Below, in pieces: positions 30,031 through 45,000 of a DNA stretch of 64,000 nt. Where the stretch lies: positions 1 through 64,000 of the forward strand of contig JBHGNT010000096.1 of the NCBI GenBank assembly GCA_043228905.1, given 5' to 3'. Position numbers and translations under genes: made by a program. This DNA comes from Azolla caroliniana. Taxonomy: Eukaryota > Plantae > Polypodiophyta. The notes below the pieces were generated by a model. The model was not told the origin of the DNA. It saw nothing but the letters and a program-made list of their open reading frames with translations, and did no database searches. The first letter of the stretch is position 1, and each line of letters opens with the position of its first letter.

Positions 30031-33000
30031 TGATTTTGAAATTCAGGTCGAGAGACATGACGAAATTAGCAAACTTGAGGAGGGAGTTGAGAGGAGCCCT
30101 TGACTAAATGAAAATGTTCATACCTGGCTCGTGTGATATCGGATTTTTGTGTTCAAACATGCGAATCGAAGCTAACAACGCTAGCTATGATATGGAATTA
30201 AAAAATGAAAATTTTGAAACTCAGGTCGAGAGACATGACGAAATTACCAAATTTGAGAAGTGAGTGGAGAAGAGCCCTGGAGTGAATTAAAATGTTCAGA
30301 CCTGGCTCGTGTGATATCGGATTTTTGTGTTCAAACATGCGAATCGAAGCTAACAACGCTAGCTACGATATGGAATTAAAAAATCAAGGTTTTGAAACGC
30401 AGGTCGAGAGACATAAAGAAATTACCAAATTTGAATAGTGAGTTGAGAGGAGCCCTTGAGTAAATGAAAATGTTCATATCTGGCTAGTGTAATATCGGAT
30501 TTTTGTGTTCAAACATGCGAATCGAAGCTAAGAACGCTAGCTATGATATGGAATTAAAAAATGAAGATTTTGAAACTCAGGTCGAGAGACATTACGAAAT
30601 TACCAAATTTGAGGAGTGAGTGGAGAAGAGCCTGGAGTGAATTAAAATGTTAAGACCTGGCTCGTGTGATATCGGATTTTTGTGTTCAAACATGCGAATC
30701 GAAGCTAACAACGCTAGCTATGATATGGAATTAAAAAATCAAGATTTTGAAACTCCGGTCGAGAGACATGAAGAAATTACCAAATTTGAGAAGTGAGTTT
30801 AGAGGAGCCCTTGAGTAAATGAAAATGTTCATATCTAGCTCGTGTAATATCGGATTTTTGTGTTCAAACATACGTAGCGAAGCTAATAACGCTAGCTATG
30901 ATATGGAGTAAAAAAATCAAGATTTTGAAACTCAGGTCTAGAGACATGACGAAATTACCAAATTTGAGGAGTGAGTTTAAAGGAGCCCTTGAGTAATTGA
31001 AAATGTTCATACCTGGCTCGTGTAATATCAGATTTTTGTGTTCAAACATGCGAATCGAAGCTAACAACGGTAGCTATGATATGGAGTTAAAAAATCAAGA
31101 TTTTGAAACTCAGGTCGAGAGACATGACAAAATTAGCAAACATGAGGAGGGAGTTGAGAGGAGCCCTTGAGTAAATTAAAATGTTCATACCTGGCTCGTG
31201 TGATATCGGATTTTTGTGTTCAAACATGCGAATCGAACCTAACAACGCTAGCTATGATATGGAATTAAAAAATCAAGCTTTTTGAAACTTAGGTTGAGAG
31301 AAATGACGAAATTACCAAATTTGAGGAGTGAGTGGAGAAGAGCCCTGGAGTGAATTAAAATGTTCATACCTGGCTAGTGTAATATCGGATGTTTGTGTTC
31401 AAACATGCGAATCGAAGCTAACAACGCTAGCTATGATATGGAATTAAAAAATGAAGATTTTGAAACTCAGGTCGAGAGACATGACGAAATTACCAAATTT
31501 GAGGAGTGAGTGGAGAAGAGCCCTGGAGTGAATTAAAATGTTCAGACCTGGCTCGTGTGATATCCGATTTTTGTGTTCAAACATGCGAATCGAAGCTAAC
31601 AACGCTAGCTATGATATGGAGTTAAAAAATCAAGATTTTGAAACTCCGGTCGAGAGACATGACGAAATTACAAAATTTGAGTAGTGAGTTTAGAGGAGCC
31701 CTTGAGTAAATGAAAATGTTCATACCTGGCTCGTGTGATATCGGATGTTTGCGTTCAAACATGCGAATCGAAGCTAACAATGCTAGCTATGATATGGAAT
31801 TAAAAAATCAAGATTTTGAAACTCAGGTCGAGAGACATGAAGAAATTACCAAATTTGAATAGTCAGTTGAGAGGAGCCCTTGAGTAAATGAAAATGTTCA
31901 TACCTAGCTCGTGTAATATCGGATTTTTGTGTTCAAACATACGTATCGAAGCTAATAACGCTAGCTATGATATGGAGTAAAAAAATCAAGATTTTGAAAC
32001 TCAGGTCGAGAGACATGACAAAATTAGCAAGCATGAGGAGGGAGTTGAGAGGAGCCCTTGAGTAAATTAAAATGTTCATACCTGGCTTGTGTGATATCGG
32101 ATTTTTGTGTTCAAACATGCGAATCGAAGCTAACAACGCTAGCTACAATATGGAATTAGAAAATCAAGGTTTTGAAACGCAGGTCGAGAGACATAAAGAA
32201 ATTACCAAATTTGAGGAGTGAGTTGAGAGGAGCCCTTGAGTAAATGAAAATGTTCATACCTAGCTCGTGTAATATCGGATTTTTGTGTTCAAACATACGT
32301 ATCGAAGCTAATAACGCTAGCTATGATATGGGGTAAAAAAATCAAGATTTTGAAACTCAGGTCTAGAGACATGACGAAATTAGCAAACTTGAGGAGGGAG
32401 TTGAGAGGAGCCCTTGAGTAAATAAAAATGTTCATACCTGGATCGTGTGATATCGGATTTTTGTGTTAAAACATGCGAATCGAAGCTAACAACGGTAGCT
32501 ATGATATGGAATTAAAAAATCAAGATTTTGAAACTCAGGTCGAGAGACATGACGAAATTACCAAATTTGAGAAGTGAGTTGAGAGGAGCCCTTGAGTAAA
32601 TGAAAATGTTTATACCTGGCTCGTATAATATCGGATATTTGTGTTCAAACATGCGAATCGAAGCTAACAACGCTAGCTATGATATGGAATTAAAAAATCA
32701 AGATTTTGAAACTCCGGTCGAGAGACATGACGAAATTAGCAAACTTGAGGAGGGAGTTGAGAGGAGCCCTTGACTAAATGAAAATGTTCATACCTGGCTC
32801 GTGTGATATCGGATTTTTGTGTTCAAACATGCGAATCGAAGCTAACAACGCTAGCTATGATATGGAGTTAAAAAATGAAGATTTTGAAACTCAGGTCGAG
32901 AGACATGAAGAAAGTACCAAATTTGAGGAGTGAGTTGAGAGGAGCCCTTGAGTAAATGAAAATGTTCATACCTAGCTCGTGTAATATCGGATTTTTGTGT

Positions 33001-36000
33001 TCAAACATACGTATCGAAGCTAATAACGCTAGCTATGATATGGAGTAATAAAATCAAGATTTTGAAACTCAGGTCTAGAGACATGACGAAATTAGCAAAC
33101 TTGAGGAGGGAGTTAAGAGGAGCCCTTGAGTAAATGAAAATGTTCATACCTGGCTCGTGTAATATCGGATTTTTGTGTTCAAACATGCGAATCGAAGCTA
33201 ACAGCGCTAGCTATGATATGGAGTTAAAAAATGAAGATTTTGAAACTCAGGTCGAGAGACATGACGAAATTACCAAATTTGAGGAGTGAGTTGAGAGAAG
33301 CCCTTGAGTAAATTAAAATGTTCATATCTGGCTCGTGAGATATCGGATTTTTGTGTTCAAACATGCGAATCGAAGATAACAACGCTAGCGATGATATGGA
33401 ATTAAAAAATCAAGATTTTTGAAACTCAGGTCGAGAGAAATGACGAAATTACTAAATTTGAGGAGTGAGTGGAGAAGAGCCCTGGAGTGAATTGAAATGT
33501 TTAGACCTCGCTCGTGTGATATCGTATTTTTGTGTTCAAACATACGAATGGAAGCTAACAATGCTAGCTATGATATGGAATTAAAAAATCAAAATTTTGA
33601 AACTCAGGTCGAGAGACATGAAGAAATTACCAAATTTGAGGTGTGAGTTTAGAGGAGCCCTTGAATTAATGAAAATGTTCATACCTGGCTCGTGTAATAT
33701 CGGATTTTTGTGTTCAAACATGCGAATCGAAGCTAACAACGCTAGCTATGATATGGAGTAAAAAAATCAAGAGTTTGAAACTCAGGTCTAGAGACATGAC
33801 GAAATTAGCAAACTTGAGGAGGGAGTTGAGAGGAGCCCTTCAGTAAATGAAAATGTTCATACCTGGCTCGTGTAATATCGGATTTTTGTGTTCAAACATG
33901 CGAATCGAAGCTAACAACGCTAGCTATGATATGTAGTTAAAAAATGAAGATTTTGAAACTCAGGTCGAGAGACATGAAGAAATTACCAAATTTGAGGAGT
34001 GAGTTGAGAGGAGCCCTTGAGTAAATGAAAATGTTCATACCTGGCTCGTGTAATATCGGATTTTTGTGTTCAAACATGCGAATCGAAGCAAACAACGCTA
34101 GCTATGATATGGGGTTAAAAAATCAAGATTTTGAAACTCAGGTCGAGAGACATGACGAAATTAGCAAACATGAGAAGGGAGTTGAGAGGAGCCCTTAACT
34201 AAATGAAAATGTTCATACCTGGCTCGTGTGATATCGGATTTTTGTGTTCAAACATGCGAATCGAAGCTAACAACGCTAGCTATGATATGGAGTTAAAAAA
34301 TGAAGATTTTGAAACTCAGGTCGAGAGACATGAAGAAATTACCAAATTTGAATAGTCAGTTGAGAGGAGCCCTTGAGTAAATGAAAATGTTCATACCTAG
34401 CTCGTCTAATATCGGATTTTTGTGTTCAAACATACGTATCGAAGCTAATAACGCTAGCTATGATATGGAGTAAAAAAATCAAGATTTTGAAACTCAGGTC
34501 TAGAGACATGACGAAATTAGCAAACTTGAGGAGGGAGTTGAGAGGAGCCCTTGAGTAAATGAAAATGTTCATACCTGGCTCGTGTAATATCGGATTTTTG
34601 TGTTCAAACATGCGAATCGAAGCTAACAACGCTAGCTATGATATGGAGTTAAAAAATGAAGATTTTGAAACTCAGGTCGAGAGACATGAAGAAATTACCA
34701 AATTTGAGGAGTGAGTTGAGAGGAGCCCTTGAGTAAATGAAAATGTTCATACCTGGCTCGTGTAATATCGGATATTTGTGTTCAAACATGCGAATCGAAG
34801 CTAACAACGCTAGCTATGATATGGAGTTAAAAAATCAAGATTTTGTAACTCAGGTCTAGAGACATGACGAAATTAGCAAACATGAGGAGGGAGTTGAGAG
34901 GAGCCCTTGAGTAAATAAAAATGTTCATACCTGGATCGTGTGATATCGGATTTTTGTGTTCAAACATGCGAATCGAAGCTAACAACGCTAGCTATGATAT
35001 GGAATTAAAAAATGAAGATTTTGAAACTCAGGTCGAGAGACATGACGAAATTACCAAATTTGAGGAGTGAGTTGAGAGGAGCCCTTGAGTAACTGAAAAT
35101 GTTCAGACCTGGCTCGTGTGATATCGGATGTTTGTGTTCAAACATGCGAATCGAAGCTAACAACGGTAGCTATGATATGGAATTAAAAAATCAAGATTTT
35201 GAAACTCCGGTCGAGAGACATGACGAAATTAGCAAACTTGAGGAGGGAGTTGAGAGGAGCCCTTGACTAAATGAAAATGTTCATACCTTGCTCGTGTGAT
35301 ATCGGATTTTTGTGTTCAAACATGCGAATCGAAGCTAACAACGCTAGCTATGATATGGAGTTAAAAAATGAAGATTTTGAAACTCAGGTCGAGAGACATG
35401 AAGAAAGTACCAAATTTGAGGAGTGAGTTGAGAGGAGCCCTTGAGTAAATCAAAATGTTCATACCTAGCTCGTGTAATATCGGATTTTTGTGTTCAAACA
35501 TACGTATCGAAGCTAATAACGCTAGCTATGATATGGAGTAAAAAAATCAAGATTTTGAAACTCAGGTCTAGAGACATGACGAAATTAGCAAACTTGAGGA
35601 GGGAGTTAAGAGGAGCCCTTGAGCAAATGAAAATGTTCATACCTGGCTCGTGTAATATCGGATTTTTGTGTTCAAACATGCGAATCGAAGCTAACAACGC
35701 TAGCTATGATATGGAGTTAAAAAATGAAGATTTTGAAACTCAGGTCGAGAGACATGACGAAATTACCAAATTTGAGGAGTGAGTTGAGAGAAGCCCTTGA
35801 GTAAATTAAAATGTTCATATCTGGCTCGAGAGATATCGGATTTTTGTGTTCAAACATGCGAATCGAAGATAACAACGCTAGCGATGATATGGAATTAAAA
35901 AATCAAGATTTTTGAAACTCAGGTCGAGAGAAATGACGAAATTACTAAATTTGAGGAGTGAGTGGAGAAGAGCCCTGGAGTGAATTGAAATGTTTAGACC

Positions 36001-39000
36001 TCGCTCGTGTGATATCGGATTTTTGTGTTCAAACATACGAATGGAAGCTAACAATGCTAGCTATGATATGGAATTAAAAAATCAAAATTTTGAAACTCAG
36101 GTCGAGAGACATGAAGAAATTACCAAATTTGAGGAGTGAGTTTAGAGGAGCCCTTGAATTAATGAAAATGTTCATACCTGGCTCGTGTAATATCGGATTT
36201 TTGTGTTCAAACATGCGAATCGAAGCTAACAACACTAGCTATGATATGGAATTAAAAAATCAAGATTTTGAAACTCAGGTCGGGAGACATGACGAAATTA
36301 CCAAATTTGAGTAGTGAGTTGAGAGGAGCCCTTGAGTAAATGAAAATGTTCATACCTGGCTCGTGTAATATCGGATTTTTGTGTTTAAACATGCGAATCG
36401 AAGCAAACAACGCTAGCTATGATATGGGGTTAAAGAATCAAGATTTTGAAACTCAGGTCGAGAGACATGACGAAATTAGCAAACATGAGAAGGGAGTTGA
36501 GAGGAGCCCTTAACTAAATGAAAATGTTCATACCTGGCTCGTGTGATATCGGATTTTTGTGTTCAAACATGCGAATCGAAGCTAACAACGCTAGCTATGA
36601 TATGGAGTTAAAAAATGAAGATTTTGAAACTCAGGTCGAGAGACATGAAGAAATTACCAAATTTGAATAGTCAGTTGAGAGGAGCCCTTGAGTAAATGAA
36701 AATGAAAATGTTCATACCTAGCTCGTCTAATATCGGATTTTTGTGTTCAAACATACGTATCGAAGCTAATAACGCTAGCTATGATATGGAGTAAAAAAAT
36801 CAAGATTTTGAAACTCAGGTCTAGAGACATGACGAAATTAGCAAACTTGAGGAGGGAGTTGAGAGGAGCCCTTGAGTAAATGAAAATGTTCATACCTGGC
36901 TCGTGTAATATCGGATTTTTGTGTTCAAACATGCGAATCGAAGCTAACAACGCTAGCTATGATATGGAGTTAAAAAATGAAGATTTTGAAACTCAGGTCG
37001 AGAGACATGAAGAAATTACCGAATTTGAGGAGTGAGTTGAGAGGAGCCCTTGAGTAAATGAAAATGTTCATACCTGGCTCGTGTAATATCGGATATTTGT
37101 GTTCAAACATGCGAATCGAAGCTAACAACGCTAGCTATGATATGGAGTTAAAAAATCAAGATTTTGTAACTCAGGTCTAGAGACATGACGAAATTAGCAA
37201 ACATGAGGAGGGAGTTGAGAGGAGCCCTTGAGTAAATAAAAATGTTCATACCTGGATCGTGTGATATCGGATTTTTGTGTTCAAACATGCGAATCGAAGC
37301 TAACAACGCTAGCTATGATATGGAATTAAAAAATGAAGATTTTGAAACTCAGGTCGAGAGACATGAAGAAATTACCAAATTTGAGGAGTGAGTTGAGAGG
37401 AGCCCTTGAGTAACTGAAAATGTTCATACCTAGCTCGTGTAATATCGGATTTTTGTGTTCAAACATACGTATCGAAGCTAATAACGCTAGCTATGATATG
37501 GAGTAAAAAAATCAAGATTTTGAAACTCAGGTCTAGAGACATGACGAAATTAGCAAACTTGAGGAGGGAGTTGAGAGGAGCCCTTGAGTAAATAAAAATG
37601 TTCATACCTGGATCGTGTGATATCGGATTTTTGTGTTAAAACATGCGAATCGAAGCTAACAACGGTAGCTATGATATGGAAATTAAAAAATCAAGATTTT
37701 GAAACTCAGGTCGAGAGACATGACGAAATTACCAAATTTGAGGAGTGAGTTGAGAGGATCCCTTGAGTAAATGAAAATGTTCATACCTGGCTCGTGTAAT
37801 ATTGGATTTTTGTGTTCAAAGATGCGAATCGAAGCTAACAACGCTAGCTATGATATGGAATTAAAAAATCAAGATTTTGAAACTCAGGTCGAGAGACATG
37901 ATGAAATTACCAAATTTGAGGAGTGAGTTGAGAAGAGCTACGAGGTAAATTAAAATGTTCATACCTGGCTCGTGTGATATCGGATTTTTGTGTTCAAACA
38001 TGCGAATCGAAGCTAACAACGCTAGCTATGATATGGAATTAAAAAATCAAGATTTTGAAACTCAGGTCGAGAGACATGAAGAAATTACCAAATTTGAATA
38101 GTCAGTTGAGAGGAGCCCTTGAGTAAATGAAAATGTTCAAACCTAGCTCGTGTAATATAGGATTTTTGTGTTCAAACATACGTATCGAAGCTAATAACGC
38201 TAGCTATGATATGGAGTAAAAATATCAAGATTTTGAAACTCTGGTCGAGAGACATGACGAAATTACCAAATTTGAGGAGTGAGTTGAGAGGAGCCCTTGA
38301 GTAAATAAAAATGTTCATACCTGGATCGTGTGATATCGGATTTTTGTGTTCAAACATGCGAATCGAAGCTAACAACGCTAGCTATGATATGGAGTTAAAA
38401 AATGAAGATTTTGAAACTCAGGTCGAGAGACATGACGAAATTACCAAATTTGAGGAGTGAGTTGAGAGAAGCCCTTGAGTAAATTAAAATGTTCATATCT
38501 GGCTCGAGAGATATCGGATTTTTGTGTTCAAACATGCGAATCGAAGATAACAACGCTAGCGATGATATGGAATTAAAAAATCAAGATTTTTGAAACTCAG
38601 GTCGAGAGAAATGACGAAATTACTAAATTTGAGGAGTGAGTGGAGAAGAGCCCTGGAGTGAATTGAAATGTTTAGACCTCGCTCGTGTGATATCGGATTT
38701 TTGTGTTCAAACATACGAATGGAAGCTAACAATGCTAGCTATGATATGGAATTAAAAAATCAAAATTTTGAAACTCAGGTCGAGAGACATGAAGAAATTA
38801 CCAAATTTGAGGAGTGAGTTTAGAGGAGCCCTTGAATTAATGAAAATGTTCATACCTGGCTCGTGTAATATCGGATTTTTGTGTTCAAACATGCGAATCG
38901 AAGCTAACAACACTAGCTATGATATGGAATTAAAAAATCAAGATTTTGAAACTCAGGTCGGGAGACATGACGAAATTGCCAAATTTGAGTAGTGAGTTGA

Positions 39001-42000
39001 GAGGAGCCCTTGAGTAAATGAAAATGTTCATACCTGGCTCGTGTGATATCGGATTTTTGTGTTCAAACATGCGAATCGAAGCTAACAACGCTAGCTATGA
39101 TATGGAATTAAAAAATGAAGATTTTGAAACTCAGGTCGAGAGACATGACGAAATTACCAAATTTGAGGAGTGAGTTGAGAGGAGCCCTTGAGTAAATGAA
39201 AATGTTCATACCTGGCTCGTGTGATATCGGATGTTTGTGTTGAAACATGCGAATCGAAGCTAACAACGGTAGCTATGATATGGAATTAAAAAATCAAGAT
39301 TTTGAAACTCAGGTCGAGAGACATGACGAAATTACCAAATTTGAGGAGTGAGTTGAGAGGAGCCCTTGAGTAAATGAAAATGTTCATACCTAGCTCGTGT
39401 AATATCGGATTTTTGTGTTCAAACATACGTATCGAAGCTAATAACGCTAGCTATGATATGGACTAAAAAAATCAAGATTTTGAAACTCAGGTCTAGAGAC
39501 ATGACGAAATGACCAAACATGAGGGGGGAGTTGAGAGGAGCCCTTGAGTAAATGAAAATGTTCATACCTGGGTCGTGTAATATTGGATTTTTGTGTTCAA
39601 AGATGCGAATCGAAGCTAACAACGCTAGCTATGATATGGAATTAAAAAATCAAGATTTTGACACTCAGGTCGAGAGACATGATGAAATTACCAAATTTGA
39701 GGAGTGAGTTGAGAAGAGCTACGAGGTAAATTAAAATGTTTATACCTGGCTCGTGTGATATCGGATTTTTGTGTTCAAACATGCGAATCGAAGCTAACAA
39801 CGCTAGCTATGATATGGAATTAAAAAATCAAGATTTTGAAACTCAGGTCGAGAGATATGAAGAAATTACCAAATTTGAATAGTCAGTTGAGAGGAGCCCT
39901 TGAGTAAATGAAAATGTTCAAACCTAGCTCGTGTAATATCGGATTTTTGTGTTCAAACATACGTATCGAAGCTAATAACGCTAGCTATGATATGGAGTAA
40001 AAATATCAAGATTTTGAAACTCAGGTCTAGAGACATGAAGAAATTTTTAAATTTGAGGAGGGACTTGAGAGGAGCCCTTGAGTAAATAAAAATGTTCATA
40101 CCTGGTTCGTGTGATATCGGATTTTTGTGTTCAAACATGCGAATCGAAGCTAACAACGCTAGCTATGATATGGAATTAAAAAATGAAGATTTTGAAACTC
40201 AGGTCGAGAGACATGACGAAATTACCAAATTTGAGGAGTGAGTTGAGAGGAGCCCTTGAGTAAATGAAAATGTTCATACCTGGCTCGTGTGATATCGGAT
40301 GTTTGTGTTCAAACATGCGAATCGAAGCTAACAACGGTAGCTATGATATGGAATTAAAAAATCAAGATTTTGAAACTCAGGTCGAGAGACATGACGAAAT
40401 TACCCAATTTGAGGAGTGAGTTGAGAGGAGCCCTTGAGTAAATGAAAATGTTCATACCTAGCTCGTGTAATATCGGATTTTTATGTTCAAACATACGTAT
40501 CGAAGCTAATAACGCTAGCTATGATATGGACTAAAAAAATCAAGATTTTGAAAGTCAGGTCTAGAGACATGACGAAATTAGCAAACTTGAGGAGGGAGTT
40601 GAGAGGAGCCCTTCAGTAAATGAAAATGTTCATACCTGGCTCGTGTAATATCGGATTTTTGTGTTCAAACATGCGAATCGCAGCTAACAACGGTAACTAT
40701 GATATGGAGTAATAAAATCAAGATTTTGAAACTCAGGTCAAGAGACATGACGAAATTAGCAAACTTGAGGAGGGAGTTGAGAGGAGCCCTTGAGTAAATA
40801 AAAATGTTCATACCTGGCTCGTGTGATATCGGATTTTTGTGTTCAAACATGCGAATCGAAGCTAACAACGGTAGCTATGATATGGAATTAGAAAATGAAG
40901 ATTTTGAAACTCAGGTCGAGAGACATGACGAAATTACCAAATTTGAGAAGTGAGTTGAGAGGAGCCCTTGAGTAAATGAAAATGTTCATACCTGGCTCGT
41001 GTGATATCGGATGTTTGTGTTCAAACATGCGAATCGAAGCTAACAACGGTAGCTATGATATGGAATTAAAAAATCAAGATTTTGAAACTCAGGTCGAGAG
41101 ACATGACGAAATTACCAAATTTGAGGAGTGAGTTGAGAGGAGCCCTTGAGTAAATGAAAATGTTCATACCTAGCTCGTGTAATATCGGATTTTTGTGTTC
41201 AAACATACGTATCGAAGCTAATAACGCTAGCTATGATATGGACTAAAAAAATCAAGATTTTGAAACTCAGGTCTAGAGACATGACGAAATTAGCAAACTT
41301 GAGGAGGGAGTTGAGAGGAGCCCTTGAGTAAATAAAAATGTTCATACCTGGATCGTGTGATATCGGATTTTTGTGTTCAAACATGCGAATCGAAGCTCAC
41401 AACGGTAGCTATGATATGGAATTAAAAAATCAAGATTTTGAAACTCAGGTCGAGAGACATGACGAAATTACCAAATTTGAGGAGTGAGTTGAGAGGAGCC
41501 CTTGAGTAAATGAAAATGTTCATACCTGGGTCGTGTAATATTGGATTTTTGTGTTCAAAGATGCGAATCGAAGCTAACAACGCTAGCTATGATATGGAAT
41601 TAAAAAATCAAGATTTTGAAACTCAGGTCGAGAGACATGATGAAATTACCAAATTTGAGGAGTGAGTTGAGAAGAGCTACGAGGTAAATTAAAATGTTCA
41701 TACCTGGCTCGTGTGATATCGGATTTTTGTGTTCAAACATGCGAATCAAAGCTAACAACGCTAGCTATGATATGGAATTAAAAAATCAAGATTTTTGAAT
41801 CTCAGGTCAAGAGAAATAACGAAATTACCAAATTTGAGAAGTGAGTTGAGAGGAGCCCTTGAGTAAATTAAAATGTTCATACCTGGCTCGTCTGATATCG
41901 GATGTTTGTGTTCAAACATGCGAATCGAAGCTAACAACGCTAGCTATGATATGGAATTAAAAAATCAAGATTTTGAAACTCCGGTCGAGAGACATGACGA

Positions 42001-45000
42001 AATTAGCAATCTTGAGGAGGGAGTTGAGAGGAGCCCTTGAGTAAATAAAAATGTTCATACCTGGATCGTGTGATATCGGATTTTTGTGTTCAAACATACG
42101 TATCGAAGCTAATAACGCTAGCTATTATATGGAATTAAAAAATCAAGATTTTGAAACTCAGGTCGAGAGACATGATGAAATTACCAAATTTGAGGAGTGA
42201 GTTGAGAGGAGCCCTTGAGTAAATGAAAATGTTCATACCTGGTTCGTGTAATATCGGATTTTTGTGTTCAAACATGCGAATCGAAGCTAACAACGCTAGC
42301 TATGATATGGAATTAAAAAATCAAGATTTTGAAACTCAGGTCGAGAGACATGACGAAATTACCAAATTTGAGGAGTGAGTTGAGAGGAGCCCTTGAGTAA
42401 ATAAAAATGTTCATACCTGGATCGTGTGATATCGGATTTTTGTGTTCAAACATGCGAATCGAAGCTAACAACGGTAGCTATGATATGGAATTAAAAAATC
42501 AAGATTTTGAAACTCAGGTCGAGAGACATGACGAAATTACCAAATTTGAGGAGTGAGTTGAGAGGAGCCCTTGAGTAAATGAAAATGTTCATACCTGGCT
42601 CGTGTAATATTGGATTTTTGCGTTCAAAGATGCGAATCGAAGCTAACAACGCTAGCTATGATATGGAATTAAAAAATCAAGATTTTGAAACTCAGGTCGA
42701 GAGACATGATGAAATTACCAAATTTGAGGAGTGAGTTGAGAAGAGCTACGAGGTAAATTAAAATGTTCATACCTGGCTCGTGTGATATCGGATTTTGGTG
42801 TTCAAACATGCGAATCGAAGCTAACAACGCTAGCTATGATATGGAATTAAAAAATCAAGATTTTTGAATCTCAGGTCGAGAGAAATAACGAAATTACCAA
42901 ATTTGAGAAGTGAGTTGAGAGGAGCCCTTGAGTAAATTAAAATGTTCATACCTGGCTCGTCTGATATCGGATGTTTTTGTTCAAACATGCGAATCGAAGC
43001 TAACAACGCTAGCTATGATATGGAATTAAAAAATCACGATTTTGAAACTCCGGTCGAGAGACATGACGAAATTAGCAAACTTGAGGAGGGAGTTGAGAGG
43101 AGCCCTTGAGTAAATGAAAATGTTCATACCTGGATCGTGTGATATCGGATTTTTGTGTTCAAACATGCGAATCGAAGCTAACAACGGTAGCTATGATATG
43201 GAATTAAAAAATCAAGATTTTGAAACTCGGGTCGAGACACATGACGAAATTACCAAACATGAGGGGGGAGTTGAGAGGAGCCCTTGAGTAAATGAAAATG
43301 TTCATACCTGGCTCGTGTAATATCGGATTTTTGTGTTCAAACATGCGAATCGAAGCTAACAACGCTAGCTATGATATGGAATTAAAAAATCAAGATTTTG
43401 AAACTCAGGTCGAGAGACATGACGAAATTACCAAATTTGAGGAGTGAGTTGAGAGGAGCCCTTGAGTAAATAAAAATATTCATACCTGGATCGTGTGATA
43501 TCGGATTTTTGTGTTCAAACATGCGAATCGAAGCTAACAACGGTAGCTATGATATGGAATTAAAAAATCAAGATTTTGAAACTCAGGTCGAGAGACATGA
43601 CGAAATTACCAAATTTGAGGAGTGAGTTGAGAGGAGCCCTTGAGTAAATGAAAATGTTCATACCTGGGTCGTGTAATATTGGATTTTTGTGTTCAAAGAT
43701 ACGAATCGAAGCTAACAACGCTAGCTATGATATGGAATTAAAAAATCAAGATTTTGAAACTCAGGTCGAGAGACATGATGAAATTACCAAATTTGAGGAG
43801 TGAGTTGAGAAGAGCTACGAGGTAAATTAAAATGTTTATACCTGGCTCGTGTGATATCGGATTTTTGTGTTCAAACATGCGAATCGAAGCTAACAAAGCT
43901 AGCTATGATATGGAATTAAAAAATCAAGATTTTGAAACTCAGGTCGAGAGACATGAAGAAATTACCAAATTTGAATAGTCAGTTGAGAGGAGCCCTTGAG
44001 TAAATGAAAATGTTCAAACCTAGCTCGTGTAATATCGGATTTTTGTGTTCAAACATACGTATCGAAGCTAATAACGCTATTAATGATATGGAGTGGAGTG
44101 AAAATCACAAGATTTTGAAACTCAGGTCTAGAGACATGAAGAAATATTTATATTTGAGGAGGGACTTGAGAGGAGCCCTTGAGTAAATAAAAATGTTCAT
44201 ACCTGGTTCGTGTGATATCGGATTTTTGTGTTCAAACATGCGAATCGAAGCTAACAACGGTAGCTATGATATGGAATTAAAAAATCAAGATTTTGAAACT
44301 CAGGTCGAGAGACATGACGAAATTACCAAATTTGAGGAGTGAGTTGAGAGGAGCCCTTGGGTAAATGAAAATGTTCATACCTGGCTCGTGTGATATCGGA
44401 TGTTTGTGTTCAAACATGCGAATCGAAGCTAACAACGGTAGCTATGATATGGAATTAAAAAATCAAGATTTTGAAAGTCAGGTCGAGAGACATGACGAAA
44501 TTACCAAATTTGAGGAGTGAGTTGAGAGGAGCCCTTGAGTAAATGAAAATGTTCATACCTAGCTCGTGTAATATCGGATTTTTGTTTTCAAACATACGTA
44601 TCGAAGCTAATAACGCTAGCTATGATATGGAGTAAAAAAATCAAGATTTTGAAACTCAGGTCTAGAGACATGACGAAATTAGCAAACTTGAGGAGGGAGT
44701 TGAGAGGAGCCCTTGAGTAAATAAAAATGTTCATACCTAGATCGTGTGATATCGGATTTTTGTGTTCAAACATGCGAATCGAAGCTAACAACGGTAGCTA
44801 TGATATGGAATTAAAAAATCAAGATTTTGAAACTCAGGTCGAGAGACATGACGAAATTACCAAATTTGAGGAGTGAGTTGAGAGGAGCCCTTGAGTAAAT
44901 GAAAATGTTCATACCTGGGTCGTGTAATATTGGATTTTTGTGTTTAAAGATGCGAATCGAAGCTAACAACGCTAGCTATGATATGGAATTAAAAAATCAA